Below, in pieces: positions 38,058 through 51,687 of a stretch of 64,000 bases of DNA. Origin of the DNA: Podarcis pityusensis (taxonomy: Eukaryota); the NCBI GenBank assembly GCA_964106645.2, contig OZ067039.1; one strand, written 5' to 3'. Within the stretch, counting starts at the first letter, position 1. The number at the start of each line of letters is the position of its first letter. The notes beneath the pieces are model-generated. The model made no database searches and was not told where the DNA came from. It was given only the letters and a program-made list of their open reading frames with translations. The position numbers and the translations under genes are program-made.

Positions 38058-38177
38058 CAAATGCGTCGTTCTGGTAACAAAGAGGAGAACAAGAGGATCC
38101 TGATGGACCTGGACGTGGTGCTGAAGAGTCATGACTGTCCTTACATTGTTCAGTGCTTTGGAACTTTCATCACAAAT
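38058..38177 (+). CDS. MAP2K7: MAP2K7 coding exon 6 (QMRRSGNKEENKRILMDLDVVLKSHDCPYIVQCFGTFITN)
   Basis: AG/GT; 120 nt. Confidence 0.97.
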
Positions 38178-38298
38178 GTAAATGAAGACGATGCTACTGT
38201 TTTCTCAAGTCCGTCTGTATTTTTCAATGTATTTAGAACAGCCACATCATAATAACCTTAACTTTTACTTTTTTTTTACTCCCCCCCCCATCCCTTAG

Positions 38299-38406
38299 AC
38301 TGATGTTTTTATAGCCATGGAGCTAATGGGCACATGTGCAGAGAAGCTGAAAAAACGAATCCAAGGGCCTATCCCTGAGAGGATCTTGGGAAAGATGACT
38401 GTGGCG
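38299..38406 (+). CDS. MAP2K7: MAP2K7 coding exon 7 (TDVFIAMELMGTCAEKLKKRIQGPIPERILGKMTVA)
   Basis: AG/GT; 108 nt. Confidence 0.97.
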
Positions 38407-38554
38407 GTGAGGTTTTTTCTTTTTACATTTAAATCTCACATTTCCCCCATCTAGACATTGGCCCAGTTCACATGTCATGCTAAACATGGAACGAATAGCA
38501 TGCTGGTATAGGCTACTTAATAGTACTCCTTCCTTGCTCCAGCTGTGGCAGATT

Positions 38555-38750
38555 CACAGATAAAACAAGCTATATATCTGGTCTGTCATGTCGCCTGGAC
38601 TTGGGCTCATGGCTTGTTTCCTCCAAACTGATGAGTGGTAACAAAGGTTTATTCTTGGGTTACCACTTGAGGGGTTTTTTTGTAGGAAACAAGCCATGAG
38701 TCCAGGTCCACACAACACGACAAGCTAGAACCTGGCTTGTTTTGTCTATG
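38555..38750. repeat. Degenerate foldback (palindromic MITE-like) element
   Basis: Nested inverted arms: AGATAAAACAAGC/GCTTGTTTTGTCT; GGACTTGGGCTCATGGCTTGTTTCCT/AGGAAACAAGCCATGAGTCCAGGTCC; AGTGGTAAC/GTTACCACT. Confidence 0.7.
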
Positions 38751-39636
38751 ACACAGGGGAGCCATTAGTTGCTTCCAGGTTTCCATGATCATGGCTTTTA
38801 AGGAGATACGTTGTGCTTCAAACTCCTTCCTGCATATGGCATCCAGGTATTATTCTTTTTTAGCTGCATTTTCTGCAGTTTTTGAAGGCACAACAACCAT
38901 TCTCCACTTGTTATTTGTTATTTTATATACCATTCTCCTCCATTTACTTAAGCCTCACACTTCTGTTTCTCTTTTGGCACACAAAAATGAGCTAAGCTTC
39001 CCTGCTTGGAGCAAAATGCTGTTGTGGACAGCAGAGGGAATAAGATTTTTTAAATAGTGACTGCACTGTTGGGCGGATTTTGGCAAAATTTGGAACCCAG
39101 GACTGGGCGTTCTGTTCTGCGTGGTTGTTTTGATTTCCTTTTGGCCATGCCCCCCCCCCCCTTGATGCTGCATAATGAGATGTGATAAAATCTAGGGCTC
39201 GGTTGAAGAGTCTGAAGTATTATCACACACTGAAAATATGAAGCCCAATATCTCACCTTAGGATTCCAAGAATAGTAACAGCATTTCAATAGCAACAACA
39301 GTTCATGAACACGCCACCTTTCTTTTCCCCCAGTGGTATCCCTGAAAACTGCTTGGTAATCTGCATGACTGAAGGGCTGTGCTGTAACGCTGTCTCCCCA
39401 CAAGTTGTTGTGTATACAAGACGTTTTGCCCCAGATAGCTGAAACTATCTTTTCCAAGTATCACGAAAGCCTCAGACTGATTGCTGAGTGCCTAACCTTT
39501 GTTCTCTAAGCAGCAACATGTTTTTACAGGCACGTTGATAAAAGGGTATCATGAGTTCTAGACTAGTTCTGAGTTGTTTTCCTTATAGTGAGCAACGATT
39601 AATTCTTCCGCATTGTTTCCGATGTGTTGCTTTCAG

Positions 39637-39816
39637 ATTGTCAAAGCGCTCTACTATCTGAAAGAGAAGCATGGTGTCATCCATAGAGATGTGAAGCCTT
39701 CAAATATCTTGTTGGATGAGAGGGGGCAAATCAAATTGTGTGACTTCGGGATCAGTGGGAGGCTGGTGGACTCGAAAGCCAAAACCCGGAGTGCTGGTTG
39801 TGCAGCATATATGGCG
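39637..39816 (+). CDS. MAP2K7: MAP2K7 coding exon 8 ([16 protein letters not shown] activation loop)
   Basis: [60 protein letters not shown]; AG/GT; 180 nt. Confidence 0.98.
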
Positions 39817-40617
39817 GTAAGAGATGGGCAGATGGCGAGAGAACAGCAGCAGGAATCTTGCTGTGCTGTGATGGAACTGAGCAAAAAAAAAAAAAAAAAA
39901 AAGGGACATTGTATGTTGCTCTTCCTACAAATTGCTCAGAATAGCTTGTGTATGATTTAATTAAATACTCTTTATTTGTTAAACTTTTATGTCATTCTTC
40001 CTCCAAGCTGCTTTGCATGGGTTGGGTATGATCCCTAGCAGTCTCTCATCCTAGCAGTGCTCTAGGCCAGACCCACTTCGTTGCAGCCGTTGAAATGCAC
40101 CATGTGTCACGATAACTTCTCTGCAGGACTAAGAATTCCATCGCTTGCATTTTACTGTAGAAAGTTGTCACTAGATTTGGCCTGAGCTTTTGGGAAACTG
40201 TATGGCAGCTATTATGCAGATGCTGTTACGGTATCAAAACAGCCTGCAATTTTGTCTTAGCAACATCCAGTGGGATTCAGCTAAGTTTTTGTGTGCACGG
40301 AACAAGGCCCACTCATGCAGTGAGACTCTCCCTCCTCTCCCCATGTACCCATGTGCTTCCCCCTAAATCTGCTCTGGAAGGTTGAGGGAACCCCCAGAAC
40401 AGGTTTAGGAGGATGGGGGAAGTCTTGTTGTGTGAGTGGCATTCATTCTGTGCACACCCACACCCACACCCACACCCACACCCACTTCGTGCTGCATTCA
40501 ATTCCACCCATGGTTTGGCTTCTGTAATTAGGGGAATCTTGCTAGGTGCAGATAAAGAGACCAGTGGCAAAGAGGTTTTATTTTTGACTGAATTTGTAAT
40601 AATCTTTTTGTTTCCAG

Positions 40618-40698
40618 CCTGAGAGAATAGATCCCCCTGATCCCTCAAAACCAGATTATGATATCCGTGCAGATGTTTGGAGCCTGGGCATCTCTCTG
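40618..40698 (+). CDS. MAP2K7: MAP2K7 coding exon 9 (PERIDPPDPSKPDYDIRADVWSLGISL)
   Basis: AG/GT; 81 nt. Confidence 0.97.
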
Positions 40699-41202
40699 GT
40701 AAGTAAAACCTGCTCCCCATTTTTAAGGAAATTTGTGTACCCTTGTTGGGATCTTCAGGTTCTGGATCATATCTCAACCATCCTTTAATGTATGCAGTCC
40801 TTAATACATGACATAAACAGCAATAAGCTTTGGGGTGAGTTTTTCTTCTCTTTTCTTCAGTTTTTTTAATGGAGTTAACTGATTCAAAGGAGGCTGAATT
40901 CTGGCTATCCTGAACCCCATTTTTGTCTCTACTATTGAGGCTGGATAAGCCAAGTGATCATTCTGTTCTACATTTCTTCCCTTTCTTGCTCTCGTCTCTT
41001 TCTGTACAATCATTTAGAATTGTGTTGTTTGTATGGACTTTTATCTATTTACTTTTGTTGTAACTGCCCTGTGGCTTATATGCAAATAGTGGCATATACA
41101 TCACTGAAGCATCATTGAAGAGATGCTGATGATAATAATGCTTTTTAGATTATTTCTGTTTTTAATCACTTATTTTTCATTTCTCTACCACCCCTAATGC
41201 AG

Positions 41203-41345
41203 GTTGAGCTGGCTACAGGTCAGTTCCCCTACAAGAACTGTAAAACAGATTTTGAAGTCCTCACCAAGGTGTTGCAGGAAGATCCTCCCCTTCTCCCAAA
41301 CAACATGGGATTTTCTGTGGATTTCCAGTCCTTTGTGAAAGACTG
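41203..41345 (+). CDS. MAP2K7: MAP2K7 coding exon 10 (VELATGQFPYKNCKTDFEVLTKVLQEDPPLLPNNMGFSVDFQSFVKDC)
   Basis: AG/GT; 143 nt. Confidence 0.97.
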
Positions 41346-42264
41346 GTGAGTGAAGTGCCTTAAATTCATGTTATGTAGAGCAGCTGCTTCAACATTTCTT
41401 ACATAGACAGGAAGCCCTGCAGTTCAGCTGGTTCCTCACTTTCCTGCTGAACTCTTGCACACCAGTTGCTTTCTCAGATATTGGCTAATGTTCATTCTAG
41501 GGCACCCCATCTTCAGTACTATTAATAGTGTATATAAAAGAATTGGAACTGTTCTGCTTGTTCAAACTGGTACCATGCTCTTCTAAAGACTGAACTCAAC
41601 CTGTGCTGGTGATTTCCACCTAGAAAGGAAATCCCATATCTGCCTCCAGGACAGCTGTGCTTAAATTCTGGGCTAGCACATCGTTGTGTATGACCTCTTC
41701 TTGTCTACACATTCCTGGCTCTTACCTCTTTTCTGTGTCTGATGTACCGGTTCTAAAGGTGTAAGAAGTCCTTCATTGCCACGGAAATAAAAAGTAACAT
41801 GTCATAAGTTAGTTACATTTCCCCATCTTTCCTTGTTTCCATTCCTTCCAACAATTAGGCAGCTGTAAATGAATTGCACTCCTTGCAACTGGCATTGACA
41901 CTTCCACAAATGTTCAAACAGAAAATCAACTTCTGATAGTGATTGTTTTGTTCCAGTTAACTTTGAGCTTATGTGTCCAACTTGCCACTCCTGGATTCCA
42001 TCAAACCACCCCACGTAAGATTGTTGCAAACTGCCATGGGATACTGGGCATAGGAAGTTGACCCTGAAAGATTATTGGTATGGCAGGATAATGGACTTCA
42101 TCCTGTTTGGCTGAGAGAGTTTGAAACTTAGAGTAGACCTATGTCAATATGAGCTCTGTTTGCAAGGATCCATTATGCATCAGGTAGCGGAAACATGCCG
42201 TGTTGGTTGCTCCATAAAATAAATTGGATCATGTGTTTTGAATGTGTGTTTCTGTTATTTCTAG

Positions 42265-42310
42265 CCTTACTAAAGATCACAGGAAGAGACCAAAGTACAA
42301 CAAGCTACTT
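42265..42310 (+). CDS. MAP2K7: MAP2K7 coding exon 11 (LTKDHRKRPKYNKLL)
   Basis: AG/GT; 46 nt. Confidence 0.96.
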
Positions 42311-42706
42311 GTAAGTATTGGTCACACCTCTTTCATTGTGAATATTTTAAAAAATCCCCCAGGGCTTGGAAAAAGGCCACAGTGGGTGCTTCTGCCAACC
42401 CTTAAAGTTTAGAAATAACCAGTAACATTTCTTGGAACTGGTTTGTGCCAACTGGCATGGAAGCTGAGATTAATAAAGTGACATCCTTTCTTTTCTCCAC
42501 ATAGTTTCTTTAAAGGAGAGGGAAAGTTCTTTTACTTTTTTATTTGACTTTGGTCAGATTTTTCCCTGCTCATGTTTGGTGCTGTTGTGTATCCTCCTTG
42601 TTGCTTAGCTATAGCTGACAACTGTTGCTCACAGCTCTGTAGAAATAACACAGGTGGTGTGACTCCCTTGCTTATTTTCCATCTCGTTTTGCCTGTTCCT
42701 TTGCAG

Positions 42707-42844
42707 GAACATAACTTCATCAAGCGTTATGAGACACTGGAAGTGGATGTGGCATCCTGGTTCAAAGATGTCATGGCTAAGACAGAGTCACCCCGCACGA
42801 GTAGCATCCTTAGCCAGCACCACCTGCCATTCTTCACCAGGTAG
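42707..42844 (+). CDS. MAP2K7: MAP2K7 last coding exon (EHNFIKRYETLEVDVASWFKDVMAKTESPRTSSILSQHHLPFFTR*)
   Basis: Acceptor TTGCAG|; TAG at 42842-42844. Spliced CDS is 1272 nt without exon 2 (423 aa). Confidence 0.96.
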   Translation, partial: EHNFIKRYETLEVDVASWFKDVMAKTESPRTSSILSQHHLPFFTR

Positions 42845-45800
42845 CCATGTAGAGTGGCTATTGTGCCAGGGAAGGACCCCTTGGCAGACAGAGCTTGCAA
42901 GGTGGGGCAAGAGAGAGCACCACAACAGACACCTGCCCTCACAGCAGCAACTCTTCAGTGGCATGAATTGTTTGCTTCACCTGCTCAAATCACCCTTGCC
43001 CATGTTGTCTTTTCCTTCAGTATTGCCATGAAGAGATGGGGTGGCTGTCTGGTCTTTCTGGAATGTGGGTGTGTTCTAGAGCCTTTGGCGTTTCTGGCAT
43101 CAGGCAGCCCAAGAATACAAGGCCTTTTCCAGCCTGTGCTTGTTATCTTTCTGTGATAGAGCGCCTGCCATCCGGAGTTGCCACGAAGTGACAGCTGCTC
43201 CCTGCTTGTCTCTCTCCACCTTGTCTGGAGGCTCAACAGTGACCCTTGCTCACGCACTGTGAACAGACACAAAACACACAAAAGGAAAAAGAAGATATTT
43301 TTTTTACCACTTATTTATTAAGTTTGGACTTGTGGTGCTGCGGGTCGCCTGCTGCACCCGTTCACCCATCCCTGCGTTATTAATGTCTGTTTTTGTTTTT
43401 TGTTTTTTCGTTTGTGTTTTTGGGATTGTATTTGCTGAGGGGGAATGGGGCTGGACGTAGATGGGTCGTCTGCTGCTTTAGATTCTGAGCTTAGCTGTTG
43501 CTGTTGTCTTGGTTTCATTTTTTCTTAGGGCTTGGGGAGACAGGAAAGTGTAGGTTTGAGAATTATTCTCATCCAAGAGTAGCTCAGTTAAAGTTATTTT
43601 TTCCCTCTTCAATTCTTTTTGAACTCAGGGGTTCCTATCTTTTGTTTTGAGCGTGAACAAAGTTTTGTCAGTGGTGTTTTATTTACCAAAGTGTGTGTTT
43701 GGTGCTAGGATAAATGCTTGTTCATTTTCTTCCAGTATTTAAGAAAAGGAAAAGCAGAACTTAAAAGATAATCCTGGCATCAAGAAAGCCATTTTTAAAA
43801 AAAAAGATTCAGCCCAAATGATTCTTACTGCTGTGTCTTAGGGATTCTTTAATATATTGAAATAGTAACACGTTTATGCCCTATTGTGGACTTAATTGAC
43901 TCGATTCTTAACTGGTCACAAGTGTGTATCTCCAGTTGAGAATTGGTCAGAGTTTGCTCTTTGGAGATCATGGGCTAGAATCTGCACTGTCTGTCTAGAT
44001 GCTCAGACTTCATGAAATCTCAGAGGCGGGATTCTAAATTATCCAAAAGGCTTGGAGGATGAAGGCTGAGCACCCTCCTCAATCCTACTCTTTCAGAATA
44101 AAGCTTTTTTTTCTGCTAGTGTTTTTAACAGGATAAGAAGCCAGAAGGGACAGAATTCCAGTCAACTCTAATTGACAGGCATTCCCAAGGTGTTGGGGCC
44201 ATGCTGTAGGCACCAAGGTCTCTGGGTCATTGAAGTTGTCATATAAACCTTTAGGGGCAACAATTGCCACCATCAGCCTTGGGAATGAGAGGTGGTCAGA
44301 GACTTTGGGAATGAATCCTGGTTTTCTTCTTGAGTCAATTCTGCCAATCCCAATTGCATTTCAGGTAGTCCAGAGGTTAAAGCACAGTCCTGAAGCTCTG
44401 ACTGTTAACCTGAAGGTGAGGCTTATTCCTGCTTTCTCTTGCTAGCAAAGGTTGGAGTACCATAATCTTAGCTCTTGTCTCAATCCTATGGATATTTGGG
44501 TCAGAGTGGTTACTTGTGGCGCAGGCATGATGGTGCACTGCATTGTCAGATGCCGTACTATACTAGATGTATAGATCAACTTCATGAACCCAACACACAC
44601 ACGCACACAGAAGTTTTAGACTAAAGTCATAACAGTACTTGGGATGTCCTGAAAAGGAGATGCTCCTGTGGTCATTGATGATGCTGGGCTGTCTGCTTAG
44701 TACAACTCCTTGAGACATGATTCCATCTATATTCTGGCTGTTTCCAAGGGGGAGCTCCTATATTGTATTATGTTTCCAAGGGGGGCCAAAATTAGGTACA
44801 TTCAGTGGCAGAATTAGTGGAGGGAGGAGCAGTTACAGCATGATCCATGTTTGGGCATGTCCTACAAAGTGCTTGGGGGTGCTGGGTAACCTGCCAGAAA
44901 GTCAGACCAGACCAAGAGGGTCCTTTGAAAATGGGGCAGTGCACTTGCTTGACTTGTGAAGAAGTAGGTGGGTGTTTTCTGTGACTGATTAGATTTTTAG
45001 AGTGGATAGTTGCTAACAAAATGAGGCAAGTTACCAAAGAGCTTGGAGGACATGGAGAGTTCATTTCCTGAGAGGGTGGAGGTCTTCATTCTTTGTGACT
45101 GGGACATCGTTACAACACAGTGTGGAAGTTCAGTTATTCTGCTGACCTCAGTAGTGACTGTTAATGTGGCAGCATTTTGCGGAATATGAAGGAAGGCAAT
45201 TTCATTTGCACACAGGCTTTATGAGTAGGTGGTTTTGTGCCTAAAAGAAAATGGGTGGAGTGTATTATATGAAAAGACATTTGCTGTATGAGAGAAAGTT
45301 GGAAGTGAAGAGCTGGTGAAAACTAAAATGTGAGCAGAGACAGAAAGTTTCAGATTTAAGATGCGTCCATACTGTTGAAACAGTGAGTGAATATTAATGT
45401 TTTTTATGGAAGTGGAGTAGGAAAAGCAATGAAGTTTACCTGTGGGTGTCTAATGAAAAACAGAAGGTGGTGCTGCGGTGCATGTTTAAGAGATGCCTAG
45501 CTTCCAAGAAGAATTCCTTTAGTATTGTGGAGGCTTCAACAAGATGTTTATTTAGCCTCTTCTGTGAACTTTGGCTATGATGTCTTCCTAAACTCTCCAG
45601 AATTTTAAGAAAATCTGAGTGTTTTCCAAAGACATTATGCCACAGTTTGAAAGCAGCTTGAAAATAGTGTGCTAAACCATAGTTTGAGAACCAGGAACAA
45701 ACAACAAACTCACACACTTACCTTTCCCATTAGTGATCTGATCTTGTTAGAGTAAACTACAGTTTCCCATTGGATCTGAAATAGTAAACTGAGCTGTTAC

Positions 45801-48800
45801 AGTTCTCTAGCAGTAATAATAAACCATGGTTTGATCCTGGTTAGTAAAATAACAGTTTGCCAATTCAGACATAATGGGGAATTGCAGCTGAAACTAACCA
45901 GGATCTCTGCACCAACACCGGGGGGGGGGGGTAAAGGGGGAGAATGCATGCCTGATGTTTGCTGACTTCCTAAACTTTGATTTAGAGAGTCCGTAATGTA
46001 CATCCAGACATGGTTTTGATTTCAAGATATTGAGTCATGCTTTTCAAAAAAATAAATAAATGGGTGGTTCCGCATAGGCAAAAGACTTTGTTATTTTCAA
46101 TAGCAAGATCTTTTTGCCGTATTGGAAGCTCTTTGGGTAGAGGACAAACATAGTAGAAATGCAGTATTGCGTTTCACTTGAGCAAAATAACAAGAAAGCT
46201 CATATTAAGACTACTTGGAGATACCATCTGTCGGGGTGAAGGGCATAGGAGATCATTTTGCCACAGAAATGTGTTTTGGTTAGGAATCGTTCAGGCCTCC
46301 CAACTTCAAATTGATACAAGAATGATCCCATAAAGGTGCAGATTTGAGATGTCACTTGCACACAAAAAATGGTTTGGAGAAGAGTAAAGCATGCTTTCTA
46401 GGGCATCTTCCACAAGATGACAAGAAGAGCAGTACACTGTCAAAATATTGAACTGCCTAGAGAAGGAGTGGGGAGAGGCTAAAACCCCTTATAGCAGTGG
46501 ACAAGGTAGAGTGTCTGAAAGATATAATGAGAAACTCATAGGAGAACTAAAGCCCTGGTGACCAGTAGGACCAGTTGCAGTAGTCTTCTCCGTGGATGAT
46601 CTATCTCAGTGATAGGCCCTCACCCTTCTGCTTGCTTTTGCACAGTCCAGCAATTGTGGAGTTAGTCACCACTTTTGAGAATTCATCTTGGAAAGTAGGC
46701 TGGTAGTCATCAAAGGTCTGGGCGTGTCTTGTCGTTTTGTCGGGGAAGTGAAGCACCTTGGGTAGAGAATGCTGGCGCAGGTGAGGGAACAGAGGAGATA
46801 TTGTAAGTGTGAAAAGTTGGACTTGAGATCCAGGTGGAAGAACAGCACGTGAGAACGGCACTGGGCTGTGTGTAGAAGAAAGTGGTGTTTAAAATTGGAT
46901 GTCAAGTTAATGTGCGGTGTGTACTGGGAAGTACAGAAGGTGTGGGAAAGAGATAAATAGAAAGGGTTAGTAGAAGCAGTCCAATGGGAGCGGTTTTATC
47001 GCCTTGTCCTAAAAGCTGGGTGTGCCCTCCTTTTGGCTCTACAACCTGTTCTTCCATTGGACTTCTATGAAATGTACTTTAGCAAATGAAGCATACTAGT
47101 TGGCAGAGAACTGGTGATACATGGTATGGCAACTGGCACTGGTACCTTTCCAAAGTGGCTGATATCTAAAAGTGGAACTAGCAGTGGATCTACCTTCTGA
47201 CTTGACCTAAAAACCATGGTTTAGCTTTAGAGCACAGAGCCTCTCAAAACTTTTTTATTAGCAGTTGCCAGCATGAATTGGTTAATCTTTAGTGGCTGGC
47301 TAGGCCCTGGAAATCTTAAATCAAGAAGCATTGGTTGGAAGATGGTTGAGAGTACAAGAATGTTATTAGAGCACTGGGTTTTCTAGTGCTAATGGAAAGC
47401 AGGTGCCCCTAATGATGGGATTGGCTTTGCAATGATGAGATTTTTCTTTTAAAGATGGCTTTTGGGTTTTGTTTCTTCTTGGTGTTTAAGAATTTGTAGG
47501 TATCTGCTTTGCTGCTCCTAAAAGCTTTATTCCGTTTAAGATTCCAAGTGATGGAACTGTCAGGTCCTATGAATAAGTGCCTCCTGTAATGTAACTCCTG
47601 AAAAGCTATTTTGTCCGTTGATTTTTTTAGTGGATATTTATTGAACATTTGTGTCGTATCTTGTGAACTTGGAATTTAAGAAAAGAGCCCTTAAAAAAAA
47701 AAAGTTGCTTAAAATAAGTAACTTCAGCTTTGCGCTGTTTTAACTTTCCATCTGGAAGCTTGTTCCAGCCATTAAATAAATATATAAATCTTTTGGCTCT
47801 CCTTTCTCTAGTGCCTCAAGACGTCAAGGTTTAGAAGTGCTCCTCCCACAAAGTTGTGAAATAAATTTGCCTGCATGTTTGGAAATGTGACGTATGAGAT
47901 TTTTCCTGCACATTTCATCATATGTACAGCAGAGCAGTAGCTAGAAGAGATACCAAGAGATTTCTCCAGGTGTCTGAGTTTGTGTTCTTGTCTTAGCAAG
48001 GCAAAAGATACCAGCAAGGGTCTTCAAGGGAATTAGACTGTTTGCATGCAGGCACTTCAGTACATAGTGAAGTATGTACTTGAGTATTTATAAAATGACT
48101 ATTAGATGAAACGCAGTACAATGACTTGGTAAAGTCCCAGAACTAAATCAGATTTTTCTTTTTGTAAAAAAAATAGAAGTTGTGCAAATGTCAATTAAGG
48201 TTAAAATTCAAAATTGAAAATATTTCTTGTGAACTGAAAATTTATCCTGATGGAGAACATGGCCGGTGTTCAAAAAAAATGGGAGGGGGTAGATTATAAA
48301 ACATAATATTTACACAGGTTCAGAATTATTAGATTGTTGTTCAGCATTTGAAGCGGAAAGCTTCTGGGTTCACTGTAAAAAATTGCACATTTGTCCCTTT
48401 CAAGAAATGAGTTTGGATACAGTATTCTATTTCCCTTTGGACTTGAAGCTCTCAGACACGGCAGACCACCCAAAAACAATTGACCTCTTGAAGAGCCTGG
48501 TTCATCTTCCCTTTACTTCAAGAGAAAGCAAGAATAACCTCTTATCAGGAGATTGCCTAACTCTCAAATGTGGAAGGGTGTTTTCCATTCTCAAAAGAAG
48601 GTTATAATTTAGCTTGCCATGGTGGGGGGAGCATACAGGGGTGGGATAGGTTTGGGAAACGTTAAAGGTTTTTTCAAACGTTCAAAAACACAAGATGTCT
48701 TTTCAAGAAAAATTGAGGAAAAAATGCAGTTTTATTGCATTTTTAAAATTATTTTTTTAATGTATTAATTTAGAACAAATCTTTGTTAATGTTATTTTTA

Positions 48801-51681
48801 ATCTGGATGGCTAAATGTTTACAATCGCCTGCCTGACATCTGCTCTTAAAGTGTGTGGGGATATTGGGGTGGGTGGGGCACAGGTGTGCAGCGTGTGGTG
48901 CATGCAATTCAAATGGGGGATTTTAAAACAAACAAAACTGTAAAAAAAAAAATCATGCCAAAGGTAAGGCAGAGACTAGCTGGGTAGATGGTTATATTCT
49001 AGACATTAGCATTTCACTATATTCTCTATATACCATATATTATAAATTTGCATGTTAAAGTAAATAGAAGTAACCTCTATCTTATACAGAAAGGGACTTT
49101 AACTTTGGATTACTTGTAAATTTGGTCACTTGTCTTGATTCAGGACTGCCTGAACACCTTAAGCTTTAGGGGCTGCTTGATTTTGTTTTTGTATTTTGTT
49201 TTATTTTTGTAGCCACCAAACTTTTGCTTTGCTGCCTTTTCATTAAAAAGGGCATGATCCAAAGTTTCATAGAGGGTTTTGAGAGCAGAGCTACTGAGTG
49301 GTGGCAGCCAAATTGACTTGAGTTGCAGCCACCATAGAACTAGTAGCCAATTTGCTGTATCTTCTCCAATGCTGTATCTTCCTTTGCTGACCTGTTATAC
49401 TGAAATCGGCGTCATGGAAACACCTGGAAGCTTTGTATCACGGACATCCACCAGGACAATGCTGTACTCATGTGAGCAGTCAGAAGGTTTCAGACGGCCA
49501 GCAGTTTAGCTTTGCTTGCTCAACCAACCTCCCTCATGTTAGTTCCAAGTAATCAAAGCTACACTTTTGTGCACATTTATTTATTGCCCACAGGGAACTG
49601 TGTGTGTGTGTGTGTGTTTAATTTATTTTTTAAAACTTCCCTTTCTTTGACTTCTTATGGAGGGTGTATTTTTCATTTATAGTATTTGGTGAGTAGACTG
49701 TTTTCTCAAAGTGGAGGAATGGAGCATCACAAACAGATTTAATTTCAGGTTGCAGACCACAGTCCAAATTAATTCCAGTGCTTGATTCTTCTCTAAGAGA
49801 CTTGAAATGCTTGGGCTGTGGTTGGGCATGCGAAGTCTTGGAATCATATAACTTTAAAATTCCCAGGATTCAATATCATAAGGATAAGAGTCGGTGAAGT
49901 TGCTCATAGGTAATATTGGAAGAAGGACTGAGGCTGGAAATCAAGAGAATCATGATTATGCAGATTGACCAAACTCTGTGTTGAAGAATTCATGAAATTT
50001 GCTTTAAAATGATAATTAAGCTGATAAGTTGAATATTTATGCTTGCCTGCTGGCTTCAGAATTTTAATGTAGAACAAGTGCTAGTCAGTTACCTTTTAAG
50101 AATTTTTTTTCCTAATGTAGATCAAGCTGTTCTAGGTTACTCTCCAAACACCCGATTCACAAGAGTTGCAGTCAAAAACATGAGAATTTATAGCCCTGTA
50201 AAAGAGGAAGATTGACCAGGAGATGAGTTGGAGAACTTGCAGACACCCTGCCAATATTGAGTTTTATTCCCAAGTAGAGAGAAAATACTGTTCCTCTGTA
50301 GCTGTAGTGGATTTTGCCCAAATACAAGAACACAATATTTCAGGATGGTAGCATAGGAATTGGCATGCAACATGAACTGATGGGGGGTGCCTGTAGGTAG
50401 AGGATAGGGACTTAGGAGAGACAGTTCACATTACTTGTTTCTGTCACATCCTAGTTTTAGAGATGGTTTGCACACTCACACAGTGAAGTTTGGAGAAATG
50501 GTTATCTCAGAGAACTTTGGGATCAGGTCTGGAGAGAAGTCCTGTTTTGTTTATCCTGCTTAAGGGGAGCTTCTTAAAAACAACAAAATTGTCACCATAT
50601 ATATATACACTTACCTGTAGAGTGGTTCTTAATTTTTTAAAAAATAATAATTTGGCTCTAGTTTCACATTGGTGCTGTAAACCAAACCATTTTAAAAAGA
50701 AAGTAATGCTCTATATACCAAAGTATTTCAGCTATTTGTTTGGAAGTTTGTGGAGTTTTTAATAGCATAACCATCTCCTTCCTATCCCCACAGCAGGCCA
50801 TTTTATTAGTAGCTCTCCTTACTTACTTCCAGTTTAATGTCCGGTTAATGGACCCTCTTAATCTTGTTGGAGGGTTTTTTCCCACCAGCACCAGTTGTTC
50901 CCAGAGCCATTTGTCACAGGCAAGAAAAGGTTTAATGTGGCTTAGTATGCTAGATGTTATAATGACGTTCCGAAAGCATGGAAATGGCTTATCCCAGGGA
51001 TAACATGTTGAGTAAATTCCAATAAAGTAAGTACTGGAGTTTGTCTCAGAAGAGGAATGTTCTGATTTATGATTTGATTTTAAATGATTTCAGGCTTAGA
51101 GTGCCCTAGGCCCTCTGGCCAGTTTTGGAGGTGAGTGGATAATTTGCTGAGCTCCTTGCTTTCCCTACATGCTGAGAAATCAGAAATCGAGCAGTTGCCC
51201 TTTTTAAAATATCAGTTGTACCTTGGATTTTAAAAGATAATAAGAGAATAGTATCTCCCTGGGGTGTCTTCAAGAGTCTTTGTGAAACACTCTTTTCTGT
51301 GCCCTATGGGACCCAACCTTGTAGGTTCAGTCCAGCAACATAGGACAGTTCAGTGTCACTTATTTCCAGTTATGGTTTGCTAGTCACCTCTCAGTGCGAT
51401 TTCACTGTCCTAAATTTCACTGCCCACTGCTTGGCATGCACCAAATTTTAGAACAGAGACTTTCCTTTTCCTAGTCAACACCCCACCTCCCCGTCAGCAG
51501 TCCAAACAGCTTGTCAGAAGTAGTTGCCTGCCTCCAAGCAGCGAGGCCAGTCTGATCAATTTTAGTGGAACTTTTGGATTTAGAAACATACCTACAATAG
51601 TATAAGGTAAATGACATTCTTGCTTACTTTTGAAAAGCTTTTTTTTTACTCTGTTTGTAAAAACCCTCATAGAAGCTTAAA

Positions 51682-51687
51682 AATAAA
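51682..51687 (+). terminator. Candidate distal MAP2K7 polyadenylation signal
   Basis: AATAAA with upstream TGTA (51656-51659) and U-rich context, and downstream U/GU-rich TGTCTGTTTCTTT. Confidence 0.4.
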
